A stretch of DNA of 124,000 nucleotides from Hyalangium minutum (lineage in GTDB: Bacteria > Myxococcota > Myxococcia > Myxococcales > Myxococcaceae): NCBI RefSeq assembly GCF_000737315.1, contig NZ_JMCB01000003.1:20001-144000 (forward strand). The letters are read 5' to 3'. Numbering within the stretch: the first letter of the stretch is position 1; every line of letters starts with the position of its first letter. Made by a program: the position numbers and the translations under genes. Under the pieces are notes generated by a model. The model did not search any database. It was not told the DNA's origin and was given only the letters and a program-made list of their open reading frames with translations. This document shows positions 41,295-51,218 of this stretch, piece by piece.

Positions 41295-42208
41295 GGGACC
41301 TGACCTTCAGCGGTGTGCCTGAGTTCACTCCGCACCCACGCTTGATATCCGTGGATGCTCGTGCAGGCTGCGCCCCTTCCCAGGTTCCTGCTGGAGACTC
41401 CGACGAGGAGGGAATGGCCCGAGTCTTCGCGCAGGCAGGGGCCGCCGCTGTCGCCCTTGTAGAGGTGTCCAGACGGTTGCCTCACCAGGATCCTTGAGTC
41501 GCCAGCCACGGGAGGTCTCGTGGCCGTGTTTCTGCTGAACCGGCGGTTTTGATCATAACGATCATAGATCTCATCGTAGGCCTGCCCGGCGATGATGAGG
41601 GTCTCGGGAGGTTGAGCCTCCGTGCGTGCCATAAGGACAGGGGAGATCGCTTCTTCCACGGGACTTTCCAAGTGAATCATCGCAAGGTCCGCGACGCTGG
41701 AGACAACTTCTCCGTGGTCATTCAGGAGCACGCGGAACGCCGGGTGGGGATGGACCACTCCCAGGTAGAGCGCGCTGCTGGAACTGGCTTCATCCTCCAG
41801 GCCTGGGACGGGGGTGTAGAGGATCGTCGAGACGGCCGCCCTCTGGGCGCAGTTCGAAGCATCCATGAGGGAGGCGGACTGCGGGGCGCATAGGCAGTGC
41901 GCAGCTGTCAGGACAGCCCGGCGGTCCACCAGCACGCCGCTGCATCGCTTCGACTGCTCGCCGAGACGGGCGCCGACCACCACCGCCGAGGCGTAGCGGT
42001 TCTCCTTGTCCAACTTGCCCGCGAGCAGGAGCCGATCCGCCTCGATGGTCAGGGCCAGGGACTCCCCGAGCTCCCCAGCGATAGGGCTCGTGACAGTCCT
42101 GGGGGCCGCAGGGGCAGGGGGAGGTCTCGGGGCCTGGCACCCATCGCAGCCCACGAACGCGGTGAGCGCCAGAAAGGCTGTGGCGAGCCAGCCCCGAGGG
42201 GAGGGCAT
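41291..42208 (-). CDS. Trypsin-like serine protease lipoprotein
   Basis: Lipobox FVGC; LTAAHC, ADLAMI, GDSGGP. Confidence 0.88.
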   Translation of the reverse strand: MPSPRGWLATAFLALTAFVGCDGCQAPRPPPAPAAPRTVTSPIAGELGESLALTIEADRLLLAGKLDKENRYASAVVVGARLGEQSKRCSGVLVDRRAVLTAAHCLCAPQSASLMDASNCAQRAAVSTILYTPVPGLEDEASSSSALYLGVVHPHPAFRVLLNDHGEVVSSVADLAMIHLESPVEEAISPVLMARTEAQPPETLIIAGQAYDEIYDRYDQNRRFSRNTATRPPVAGDSRILVRQPSGHLYKGDSGGPCLREDSGHSLLVGVSSRNLGRGAACTSIHGYQAWVRSELRHTAEGQVP

Positions 42209-42209
42209 C

Positions 42210-43532
42210 TCAGAGGCCGGCCAGCGACATGTTCTGCTGGCGCTTGGACAGCACCTTCACCGGCTGGATCGCCATCACGCGCATGAAGACCTGGAGCAAC
42301 TCCGGGTCGAACTTGTTGCGCATCTCCGTCCACATCAGCATCAGCGACACCTCGGGCCCATACGCATCCCGGTACGGCCGCTTGCTCGTCAGTGCGTCGA
42401 ACGCGTCGCAGATGGCGATGACCTTCGCGTACACCCCGAGGCTCGTCTTCGGGATGATCATCTGGATGTTGCCGCGCGTGTCCCGCACCGCCGTCCCGAA
42501 GTCCGCCTTGTGCTCGAACGTCGTCACCACCCGCAGCAGCGTCGAGCGCGTGATGCTCTTCTCCATCAGGATGTTGCGCACCGAGATCAGCGGCGCCTTC
42601 TGGATCAGCACCTTCTCCTCGGACGTCAGCGCCCCGCGCTTCGTCGCCAGCTCGTCCGGGATCGTCGACATCCCCGCGTCGTGGAACAGCGCGATGTAGC
42701 CCAGGTCCCGCAGCTGCGGCTTCGTCAGCCCCAGCTCCGCCCCGAACACGATGCTCATCAGGCACACGTTCACCTGATGGAACACCAGGTACTCCGACTC
42801 GCGCTTCGTGGTGGTCATCCCCAAGAAGTGCGTTCGCTGATCGTACGAGATGTCCACCAGATCCTGGACGAGCCGCAGCGCCTTGGACGTGTTCATCGGC
42901 TTCCCGGCCCGCACCGACTCCAGGTACTTCTGCAGGAAGAACACCGCGCGCGCGTACACCGTCATCGCGTACTTCTTCCGGTCGACCTTGTAGTCGCCCG
43001 GGTTCTCCAGCTTGTCCGCCTCCTTGGCCAGCTTCTCGCGCAGCTTGGAGAACTTGGCGACCTTCATGTTCAGCAGCTTCCGGTCCGCCAGGCCCTCCTC
43101 GCTCGCCTCCGAGGTCTGCTCCTTGCTGAAGATCCATACGAAGTTCTTCAGCTCCGGCAGGGTGATCGGCTTGGAGATGGAGAACCCACCCACGTCCTTG
43201 GCCCGCATCTCCGACAGCAGGTAGCGCTGGTTCTCGATGGCGTTCAGGTCCACCTTCACCAGCATGCTGTTCAGGTAGAAGGAGTCCTTCACCCCCACCA
43301 GATCCAGCCGCCCCTCCTTGGAGACGATCTGGTTCATGATGTCCTGCAGCTGCGTCAGCGGCTTCTCGAAGACGGCGTTGTCCGGGTCATACATCTTCAC
43401 GGACCGCACCAGCATGTAGAGCCCGGACACCATCCCGCGCGCCAGCGTCTGCAGCTTGTCCGAGTGCGCACGGCCATACTCGCCACCGCTGCTCTCGCTC
43501 TGGGCCTGGGTGATTTTCAAGTTGTCGGCCAT
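42210..43532 (-). CDS. HD-GYP-like protein (GYP motif absent)
   Basis: H..NV, LFHDAG, ICDAFDALTSKRPYR. Confidence 0.82.
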   Translation of the reverse strand: MADNLKITQAQSESSGGEYGRAHSDKLQTLARGMVSGLYMLVRSVKMYDPDNAVFEKPLTQLQDIMNQIVSKEGRLDLVGVKDSFYLNSMLVKVDLNAIENQRYLLSEMRAKDVGGFSISKPITLPELKNFVWIFSKEQTSEASEEGLADRKLLNMKVAKFSKLREKLAKEADKLENPGDYKVDRKKYAMTVYARAVFFLQKYLESVRAGKPMNTSKALRLVQDLVDISYDQRTHFLGMTTTKRESEYLVFHQVNVCLMSIVFGAELGLTKPQLRDLGYIALFHDAGMSTIPDELATKRGALTSEEKVLIQKAPLISVRNILMEKSITRSTLLRVVTTFEHKADFGTAVRDTRGNIQMIIPKTSLGVYAKVIAICDAFDALTSKRPYRDAYGPEVSLMLMWTEMRNKFDPELLQVFMRVMAIQPVKVLSKRQQNMSLAGL

Positions 43533-43536
43533 GGCT

Positions 43537-45303
43537 TCATGCCTCCTCTACCGGCGCCGCGTCTCCGAACAGCGCCTTCTTCGTCTGGTACATCGCCTTG
43601 CGCGCCGCGGTGAGCACCTCCACCGGCTGCGACTTGTCCTCCACCACGCCCTGCAGCACCTTGTACGCGTGGATGTTGCACGCGCCCGCCAGCCCCAGGA
43701 TGGCGACCAGCTTGTCGTCCATCACCTTCTTCTTGCTCAGCAGCGAGGGCTTCGCCGACAGGATCTGCGTCAGGAAGGTGAACGCGTTGGGCACGCCCGT
43801 GGAGCCCAGCGCCGAGTAGAAGGCGGCGCGCTCGTCCGCCGTCTTCTTTTCGAAGTCCGAGGCCCGTATCACCCGCAGCACATCGATGTACGCCTTCTCT
43901 GGGTCGAACTCCGGCAGCAGCTTGGCCGCCTGCATCCGTACCTGGGAGACGGGATCGTGCAGCAGCTCCGCGAACAGCTTGCGGCTCTCGGCGGAGTGGC
44001 CCAGGGCGATGATGCTCATCACCTCCAGCTTCACCACCAGGTTCTTCCCCTTGAGCACCGTGCCGAACAGCTTGATCCGCTCCGGGTGCTGGCTCTTCTC
44101 CAGGATGTAGACCATGTCGCGCACGGTCTGCGGCCGGTCCGCTTGCAGCCGGATGACGAATGGATCCGGCCGGTTCTTGGCGAAGCTCGCGAGCACGTCG
44201 CACAACAGGAGCCGGTTCTCTGGCACCTCGATGGTTTCCAGCACCGTGAGCAGCGGGATGATGGCGTGCTCGTCCAGCACCTGCAGGTAGCGGGTGATGT
44301 CCGCCGGGTTCTTCGGCCGGGTGCGCTTGAGGGATTCGCCCAGCCGGTTCAGGCGCTGCTCGTCCGCCATCTTCTGGATGAAGTACGCCAGCAGCCGGGC
44401 GATGGGGCCGTCCAGGTTGTCTTCGCGCTGCGACAGCGCGCGCAGCTTGAGCACCATCTGGTTGATGGTGCCGTAGTCGTCCTGGATGAGCATGGCGTCC
44501 AGCAGCTGGACGAAGATTTCCTCCAGCAGCCCCACGTCATCCACGCCGCCTTCCACGACCTGGAAGATGGCGCTCACCAGCTTGGGGAAGAGGCGCGCGG
44601 TCTCCTCCTCCTCGATTTCTTTCTGCAGCTTGGCCTTCAGCGAGTCTGAGGCATACGTGCCCTCCACCAGCACGCCGCGGATCTGCTCCACGCCCTCCAG
44701 CTGCGCGTCCAGATCGTCCGCCGACACGCGCGCGAAGCGCAGGTAGTCCTCCGAGTTCGTCTGCAGGCGGGAGTAGAGGTAGCTCACCACCTTGTCCACC
44801 TCGACGGCCACCTCCTCCTCGGAGGCGCCGTCCACGGAGAAGCCCTCCACCACCACGTACTCGACGTGCTCCATGCTCGCCTTCCAGAGCTGGGCGAGCG
44901 CGTCTTCCGCGCCACGCTCCGGCTCCGATAGGGCGATCATCGTGAAGGTGACCATCTCCTGCTGCGTGACTCCCGGCCGGAAGATCAGCTGGCGGATGCC
45001 ATCCCGGAAGAACTTGTAGGAGAGCGGCGTGTCCTCGGAGAACAGCGGCTCGTTGTGCAGCAGGAAGTTCTGCTGCTCCACCTTGAGCGACAGCGGGCCG
45101 TGCTTCTCGGTGTACTCGGTGAGCGCGCTCAGTGCCGGGGCGAGGAACTCGGGGTACTTCGCCTCGTTGTGGCGGTACATCCCGATTTGCTTGATGCCTT
45201 TGAGCAGCTGGAAGGTGAAATTCCGCGCCAGGTCCACCTTCTCGCGTATCACTGGATCCGCGGAGCGCTCCGCGGTCTCGTTGGTTTTCTGGGGCGAGGC
45301 CAT
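43537..45303 (-). CDS. HEAT-repeat protein
   Basis: Helical C-terminal repeats (LHDPVSQVRMQAAKLL); 4 nt from the HD-GYP gene. Confidence 0.75.
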   Translation of the reverse strand: MASPQKTNETAERSADPVIREKVDLARNFTFQLLKGIKQIGMYRHNEAKYPEFLAPALSALTEYTEKHGPLSLKVEQQNFLLHNEPLFSEDTPLSYKFFRDGIRQLIFRPGVTQQEMVTFTMIALSEPERGAEDALAQLWKASMEHVEYVVVEGFSVDGASEEEVAVEVDKVVSYLYSRLQTNSEDYLRFARVSADDLDAQLEGVEQIRGVLVEGTYASDSLKAKLQKEIEEEETARLFPKLVSAIFQVVEGGVDDVGLLEEIFVQLLDAMLIQDDYGTINQMVLKLRALSQREDNLDGPIARLLAYFIQKMADEQRLNRLGESLKRTRPKNPADITRYLQVLDEHAIIPLLTVLETIEVPENRLLLCDVLASFAKNRPDPFVIRLQADRPQTVRDMVYILEKSQHPERIKLFGTVLKGKNLVVKLEVMSIIALGHSAESRKLFAELLHDPVSQVRMQAAKLLPEFDPEKAYIDVLRVIRASDFEKKTADERAAFYSALGSTGVPNAFTFLTQILSAKPSLLSKKKVMDDKLVAILGLAGACNIHAYKVLQGVVEDKSQPVEVLTAARKAMYQTKKALFGDAAPVEEA

Positions 45304-45482
45304 GCGTCCTGGGGGGTTCGGACAGGGTGAGGGAGTCCGAGTCTACTCCCTCATACGCCCCAGGAGATCCCTCTGCATGGGAACTTCCGCTCAGGTATGT
45401 AGGTTGAGAGCCTACCGTGAAAACGGCAGCGCCCCCGCCAGCGAGGGCAGGGGCGCCGGTACGGCTTGGGCCGAGCGGGGCG

Positions 45483-46373
45483 TTACTGGGCCGCCACGGC
45501 GGTGTCCGGATCCACCTCGGCCATGAGCGCGGCCAGCTCGGCCTTGAGCTTGTCCTTGGCGCGGATCTCCAGCTGGCGGGCGCGCTCGCGCGAGAAGCCG
45601 AAGTGCTCGCCCAGCTCCTTGAGCGTCATGGGGCGCTCATTCATGACGCGCTGCTCGATGATGAAGCGCTCGCGGGGATCCAGCCGCATCAGCGCGGTGC
45701 GGACGCGGGCGTTGATGAGGCCCGCCTCCTCCTTGTCGGCGAACTCGTCATCCTGCGGGGCGCTGGCGCTCACCACGAAGTCCACGTGGCTGTTGCCGCC
45801 GTCCTCGCCCATGGGCGCGTCCAGGGAGAGATCGCGGCCGCCCATGCGCTGCTCCATCTCGCGCACCTCGCCCGGCTTCACGTGCAGCTTGCGGGCGATG
45901 TCGTCCACATTCACCACGTCGCCATCGGGAGTGCCGAACTTCTCCAGCTCGCGGCGGGTGCGCGCCAAGCTGAAGAACAGCTTGCGTTGAGCCTGCGTCG
46001 TCCCCAGTTTTACCAAAGACCAAGACTTGAGAATGTAGTTCTGGATGTACGCGCGGATCCACCACACCGCGTAGGAGATGAGGCGGATGCCCTTGTCCGG
46101 ATCGAACTTCTGCACGGCCTTCATCAGGCCGATGTTCCCTTCCTGGATGAGGTCGCTCATCTTGATGCCGTAGGAGCGGTACTCGTAGGCGACCTTCACG
46201 ACGAAGCGCAGGTTGCTCGTCACCAGCCGGTGGCCCGCGGACAGGTCCCCCTTGAGGAACTTCCGGGCCAGCGCTTGCTCCTCCTCCACCGTGAGCAGCG
46301 AGTAGTGGTTGATCTCCGAGAGGTACATCGCCAGGGAGCCGGAGTTGGAAGACTGCTCGTGGGTGTTTTGCAT
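45483..46373 (-). CDS. sigB: RpoH-family sigma factor (SigB-like)
   Basis: [22 protein letters not shown], RpoH box [10 protein letters not shown]; locus context suggests the myxobacterial SigB. Confidence 0.7.
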   Translation of the reverse strand: MQNTHEQSSNSGSLAMYLSEINHYSLLTVEEEQALARKFLKGDLSAGHRLVTSNLRFVVKVAYEYRSYGIKMSDLIQEGNIGLMKAVQKFDPDKGIRLISYAVWWIRAYIQNYILKSWSLVKLGTTQAQRKLFFSLARTRRELEKFGTPDGDVVNVDDIARKLHVKPGEVREMEQRMGGRDLSLDAPMGEDGGNSHVDFVVSASAPQDDEFADKEEAGLINARVRTALMRLDPRERFIIEQRVMNERPMTLKELGEHFGFSRERARQLEIRAKDKLKAELAALMAEVDPDTAVAAQ

Positions 46374-46457
46374 GGTTCAGTTCTCCCGACGGCGGGCTTC
46401 AGATGAGCCCGTGATGAGTGTGGGGACCGCTTGTCGACCGCACGCTGGATGTCATGA

Positions 46458-46472
46458 GCAACCGCAGTGCCA
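46458..46472 (-). promoter_or_regulatory. Sigma-54 (-24/-12) promoter of the sigB-like gene
   Basis: Minus strand TGGCACTGCGGTTGC, about 85 nt upstream of the ATG. Confidence 0.65.
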
Positions 46473-46743
46473 GCCCCCGTTGACAAAAAATCCCCTGAGA
46501 CTGCGCGGGGTTGACTCGGATCCCCTCGGAAGGGGGGACCCGCGGGTGGAAAGCGTTACAGACCGGCGCCGGAAACCTCCGTTCCCACGGTCTGTAGAAG
46601 TTGCGCGACTGTGTTTCAGTCACCTCCGAGCCCAAGGGGAAGAAATGGGACGAGTCTCCCTGCTTTCAAACCCTCTAACGGGGCGCGAGGTTGTCGTCCG
46701 AAGGGCAGACACGCTCGAACCCTCGGAGGGCGAGCGAGGTGGC

Positions 46744-48741
46744 TCAGGCGGCGCGGCGGGTCTCGAGGTAGCGGCGCAGCGGGGCGAGCAGGCGCTCTGC
46801 CTCTCCGGCCGCGAGGGGGCGCTGGCCGAAGCGGGCTTCCAGGTAGCGCCGGGTGATGGGGGCCAAGGGCTCGGCCAGGGAGTGCTGCTCGCGGACGAGG
46901 CGCGTGGTGAGCTCCTCCAGCGACTCATCCGAGCGAGGGCGCAGGCCTGCTTCGCGCAGCAGGCCCTCCACGGAATCGATCAGCTGCGTGGCGGCGTGCG
47001 GGCGGGGCGCGGACAGACGGCCTGAGAGGATGCGCCACGTGCCGTAGGTGAGCAGGCCCACCAGCAGCGCCAGGCCCCAGATGCGGGCCGGGGGGAGGCG
47101 GGAGGACGTGCGGCCGGGCTCGCGCGGCGGACGGATGAGCTTCTGGGCCGCGTCCAGCTGATCTCTCAGCGAGTAGTCGATAACGGAGGTGCGCCAGCGG
47201 GCCTCGATCGCCTCGTAGAGGCCGGTGAGGAACTCGAGCGCGGGCAGGGACTGGCTGGCCCGGTTGCTCGGAGGCGTCGCGTCGATCGTGACAAAGCCTC
47301 GCTCGGGAACGAGCACGTGCGTCCAGGCGTGCGCATCTCCGGCGCGGAGGATGTAATCCTCGGTGGAGCGCTCGCCGCCGAAGAAGCCCGTGGACAGCCG
47401 CGCGGAGATTCCCTGGGTGCGCAGCATGATCGTCAGTGCGGTGGCGAAGTGCTCGCAATGGCCCGCTTTGCGCTCGAAGAGGAAGTCCGCGAGGGGATCC
47501 TCCACGTCCCCGCTGAGCTCCAGCGTGTATGCGTACTCGCGCTGCAGCCAGGCGGACAGCTTCTGGGCGGCCTTCAGGGGATCCGTCTCTCCGTCGAGCA
47601 CCTTGCGCGCCAGCGCCTCCACGCGCGGATCCAGCCGGTCCGGCAGCGCCAGGAGCTGGCCGCGCTCGACCTCGGTGAGCGAGGTGGAGGCATCCTCCTC
47701 GGGAGGGACGCTGGTGGCCTCGTAGGCGTAGGCGAGGGCGTTCTCGGTGAAGCGCACCTCACCGCCACCGAGCTCCATGAGAGAGGTGCGGCGGGTGCCG
47801 CTCGCCTGATGGGCCACCGCGTTGCCCAGGCGCGTGGGCGTCTCGAGCGCCACCAGGGTTCGGGCGCCATACGCGGGCAGCAGTTCGATGCGCTGGTGGA
47901 TGGACTGCTCGCCGCCGGGGCGCAGTGTCACCCGTGGGCGCGAGCGCTTGGGGTTGTTGCCCACGCTCGTCCACTCCTGCCCATCGAAGATGTCATAGGT
48001 TCGGGCCACCCAGTAGGCGCCCAGGTGCTCCACGCCGGGATCGGGCGTGATGTGGGCGCGCAGCACCACGCGAGGGTTGCTCTTGAGCGTCCCCGCGCCG
48101 CCCAGGCGCACCGTGTCCGCCAGGCCAGTGGTGGCGCCCAGGCCCGGTCCGGTCCTTCGGCCGGCCATGCTCCAGTTGAGGCGAGGGAAGAGGACGAAGA
48201 AGGCCAGCGCGCCCAGCAGCGCGAAGCACAGGCCCAGGGAGAGCGGACGCACCACCTCGCGCACGGGCAGGGGCTCGCCCTCGGGGACGGCGGCCTCCAC
48301 CACGGTCAGTCCCATGGACAGGCTGGCGAAGACTGCGTAGGCCACCAGGAACAGGGCAAACGTCAGCTCACCGGAGAGCGCCGCGCCGCCAGCCACCATC
48401 AGCAGGCCGGTCAGCTGCACCTGCCCATCCGTGCGTGAGTCCGGCGTGGACAGGAGCCGGTGGGCGGCGATGAGGCCCGCGAAGGCGCACGCGGCCACCA
48501 CGAGATCGAGCTGCCCGACGTACACGGAGAGCCCGAGCATCGCGGCCAGCACCAGCAGCAGCACGGAGGTGCTCTTCGCTCGCTGGGCGAACAGGCGCTT
48601 GCCGAGGAGCGCGCACACGAGCGCCACGCCGAAGAGGCCGATCGCCCATGCGGGCAGCTGGCCGGACACGGCCATGGAGCCGAACGCCGCTCCGGCGCCC
48701 AGATCGCGCAGCCTCAGCCGGAGCCGGGAGGGAGAGCTCAT
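46744..48741 (-). CDS. TgpA-like transglutaminase (DUF3488 + TG core)
   Basis: TM N-terminus; GHCEHFATA, HAW, DAT. Confidence 0.88.
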   Translation of the reverse strand: MSSPSRLRLRLRDLGAGAAFGSMAVSGQLPAWAIGLFGVALVCALLGKRLFAQRAKSTSVLLLVLAAMLGLSVYVGQLDLVVAACAFAGLIAAHRLLSTPDSRTDGQVQLTGLLMVAGGAALSGELTFALFLVAYAVFASLSMGLTVVEAAVPEGEPLPVREVVRPLSLGLCFALLGALAFFVLFPRLNWSMAGRRTGPGLGATTGLADTVRLGGAGTLKSNPRVVLRAHITPDPGVEHLGAYWVARTYDIFDGQEWTSVGNNPKRSRPRVTLRPGGEQSIHQRIELLPAYGARTLVALETPTRLGNAVAHQASGTRRTSLMELGGGEVRFTENALAYAYEATSVPPEEDASTSLTEVERGQLLALPDRLDPRVEALARKVLDGETDPLKAAQKLSAWLQREYAYTLELSGDVEDPLADFLFERKAGHCEHFATALTIMLRTQGISARLSTGFFGGERSTEDYILRAGDAHAWTHVLVPERGFVTIDATPPSNRASQSLPALEFLTGLYEAIEARWRTSVIDYSLRDQLDAAQKLIRPPREPGRTSSRLPPARIWGLALLVGLLTYGTWRILSGRLSAPRPHAATQLIDSVEGLLREAGLRPRSDESLEELTTRLVREQHSLAEPLAPITRRYLEARFGQRPLAAGEAERLLAPLRRYLETRRAA

Positions 48742-49709
48742 GCCGCCTGCTCCTCCTTCTCCCGCTGATCCTCGAAGCCCACCCAGGCCAGGGCCCGGAG
48801 GATGCGCCGCTCTTGGGCACTGCCCGCTGCGGGGCGCAGACGCTCGCCGGGCGTCTCCAGGCCCACCTCATTGCCGGCCTCGATCAGATCGTGGGTGAGC
48901 GCCGCCACCTCCTCGCAGCGCCGATCGAGGGCCTCCCCTTGGAGCCCTCCCTCCACGGTGAGTACATAGGTGCGGCGCTCCTCGCGCTCGCGCTCCACCT
49001 TGAGGAGCTTCCCCACGGAGGCGCTCTTGCGCCAGTGCACGCGGCGCGCATCCTCGGTGGGCCCCAGCTCGCGCAGGCCCGCCACGTCGCCGGTGCCATC
49101 ATTGCTGCGAGGGGTGCTCGCGTCGCCGTACGCGCCCTGCAGCGCCCGGCCCGGCAGCTGGCACGCGTAGCCTCGGCGCGGGTACACCAGCAGGGTGCCG
49201 TCCAGCTCGAACACGCGTGTCTTGGCGAAGAGGCCCAGCGGCCATGTCGTGGTGAGCCGGACGCCGCTCAGCCGCAGGGGCCCTCGGCGGGGTGCGGTCA
49301 GGTCCGCGCGGACGACGTGCTCCACACGCGTGCGCAGGTAGCCCACGCGGCCCTCGCCAGTGAGCGGGCTGTCCACCTCGCTCAGCGTGAGAGCGAAGGA
49401 GTTGCCCAGGCGGCGGGTGAGGGCCCAGCGGAAGGCGAAGGGCTCGCCCGCGAAGGCGGACTCGGTGCCCAAGCGGCGGATCGTGAGGTAGCGCAGGCAG
49501 CGCTCGGAGAGCACGCCGGAGGCCACCACCATGGCCAGCAGCAAGCCGAGCACGAGGTAGAGCAGGTTGTTGCCGGTGTTCAGCGCGCCCAGGCCCACGC
49601 CGAACGTCACCACGAGGTACGTGCGCCCCACGCGCGTCACCTTCAAGGTGCGCGGAGGGCGCAGCAGGGCGCGCAGCCGCGCCCACTTCGCCTGGAGCCA
49701 CGTCTTCAC
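48738..49709 (-). CDS. DUF58 protein
   Basis: ALNTGNNLLYL, WPLGLF, LRE..DARRVHWRKSA. Confidence 0.85.
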   Translation of the reverse strand: MKTWLQAKWARLRALLRPPRTLKVTRVGRTYLVVTFGVGLGALNTGNNLLYLVLGLLLAMVVASGVLSERCLRYLTIRRLGTESAFAGEPFAFRWALTRRLGNSFALTLSEVDSPLTGEGRVGYLRTRVEHVVRADLTAPRRGPLRLSGVRLTTTWPLGLFAKTRVFELDGTLLVYPRRGYACQLPGRALQGAYGDASTPRSNDGTGDVAGLRELGPTEDARRVHWRKSASVGKLLKVEREREERRTYVLTVEGGLQGEALDRRCEEVAALTHDLIEAGNEVGLETPGERLRPAAGSAQERRILRALAWVGFEDQREKEEQAA

Positions 49710-50686
49710 CGAGGTGCTGCCACCTTTCGGGAGATCTCCTCGACCAGGTGCGCCGCCTCGTCCCGGGCCGCCGCGCCCTGCACGTTGCTGCGCAGCAGGA
49801 GCCGGTGCGCCAGGCACGGTACCAGCACCGCGCGGATGTCCCCCGGCGTCACGAAGTCACGCCCCTCCCACAGGGCATGCGCCCGGGCCGCCGAGCCCAC
49901 CGCCAGCACCGCGCGGGTGGAAGCACCGCGCTCGATGTCGCCGTGCTCGCGCGTGGCCCGGGCCAGCCGGACGACGTACTCCGCCACGGCCTCGTCGATG
50001 CGCATCTCCGCGGCGAGCGCCCGCAGGCCGCTCAGCTCCTCCGGCCCGGTGACGGGCTCCAGTGCATCCACCGGAGGCGTCCGCCCGCGCGTGGTGAGCA
50101 GCCGCGCTTCGACTTCGGGGGCCGGGTGCCCCAGCGACAGCCGCATGAGGAAGCGATCCAGCTGCGAGTCCGGAAGCGGATAGGTACCCGTGAGATCCAG
50201 CGGGTTCTGCGTGGCCACCACCGTGAAGGGGGAGGGCAGGGGATAGGTGTTCCCATCCATCGACACCTGTCCCTGCGCCATGCCCTCGAGAAGGGCGGAT
50301 TGGGTGCGCGGGGGCGCGCGGTTGAGCTCATCGGCCAGCACGAGCTGCCGGAAGATGGGCCCCTGGCGGAAGGAGAAGGTGGCGTTGGTGGCGTTGAACA
50401 CCTGCGCGCCCAGGATGTCCGCGGGCATCAGGTCCGCGGTGAACTGGATGCGCGAGAAGCTCAGCCCACAGGAGCGCGCCAGCGCCTCGGCCAGCGTCGT
50501 CTTGCCCACGCCGGGCACGTCCTCCAAGAGGAGGTGGCCTCCAGCGATGAGACAGGTGACGGTGAGGCGGGCTTGGGCCTCCTTTCCCTGCACCACGCTC
50601 GACAGGTGAGCGGAGATCCGCTCCATGACCGAGCGCGCGGAATCAACAGGGGGGGCGGAGGCGATGGCGCGGGCAGGTTGGTTCAT
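49706..50686 (-). CDS. MoxR family AAA ATPase
   Basis: GHLLLEDVPGVGKT, DELNRA, TQNP, QLDRF. Confidence 0.93.
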   Translation of the reverse strand: MNQPARAIASAPPVDSARSVMERISAHLSSVVQGKEAQARLTVTCLIAGGHLLLEDVPGVGKTTLAEALARSCGLSFSRIQFTADLMPADILGAQVFNATNATFSFRQGPIFRQLVLADELNRAPPRTQSALLEGMAQGQVSMDGNTYPLPSPFTVVATQNPLDLTGTYPLPDSQLDRFLMRLSLGHPAPEVEARLLTTRGRTPPVDALEPVTGPEELSGLRALAAEMRIDEAVAEYVVRLARATREHGDIERGASTRAVLAVGSAARAHALWEGRDFVTPGDIRAVLVPCLAHRLLLRSNVQGAAARDEAAHLVEEISRKVAAPR

Positions 50687-50750
50687 CTGTCCGCGCAGTC
50701 TACCCGAGGCGTCTCGGGGGAGGGACTGCTCGCTGCCTAAGCAACCAACT

Positions 50751-51071
50751 TCAGGCGAGGATCTCTTCCGGCGTGTAGTAGGCCCGGGGCTCCGAGCCCG
50801 TGCTCACCCCGAAATAGCGGAACATCCGCTCGTGGTGCCCGGCCAGCCCGCGCAGCTCCACCTTGTTGTGCGCGCCCAGATCCTTGGTCAGCACCACCAC
50901 CGCTGTGTCCTTGAACTCGCGCAGGTGCGCGAAGTCCAGCACCACCTCGCGGGAGCCCAGAGCCTCCAGCGAGTGACGCAGCTGCGCCGCCGTGCGCCAG
51001 TCCAGCGTCCCCTCGAGCCGAAGGGTGATGCGCCCTGCGAGCTCTTCCTGGTGGATTTGCAGCCCCGACAT
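50751..51071 (-). CDS. STAS-domain protein (anti-anti-sigma-like)
   Basis: LRLEGTLD..VVLDFAHLREFKDTA. Confidence 0.8.
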   Translation of the reverse strand: MSGLQIHQEELAGRITLRLEGTLDWRTAAQLRHSLEALGSREVVLDFAHLREFKDTAVVVLTKDLGAHNKVELRGLAGHHERMFRYFGVSTGSEPRAYYTPEEILA

Positions 51072-51218
51072 GATGGTCGTCTCCCTAAATATTGGAAATT
51101 CCGAGGGGTGTTCCTGTGTGGAGGGCACAATTCGCGCAAACCCCGGGCTTTTGCATCCCCCCCCGGCATTTATTGCGCGAAATGTTCTGCACCCACCGGA
51201 ATGGGTGTTGCACAGCGG

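Noticed and set aside
46744-50686. MoxR-DUF58-transglutaminase triad as a novel system
   Set aside because: A widespread, previously described gene triad
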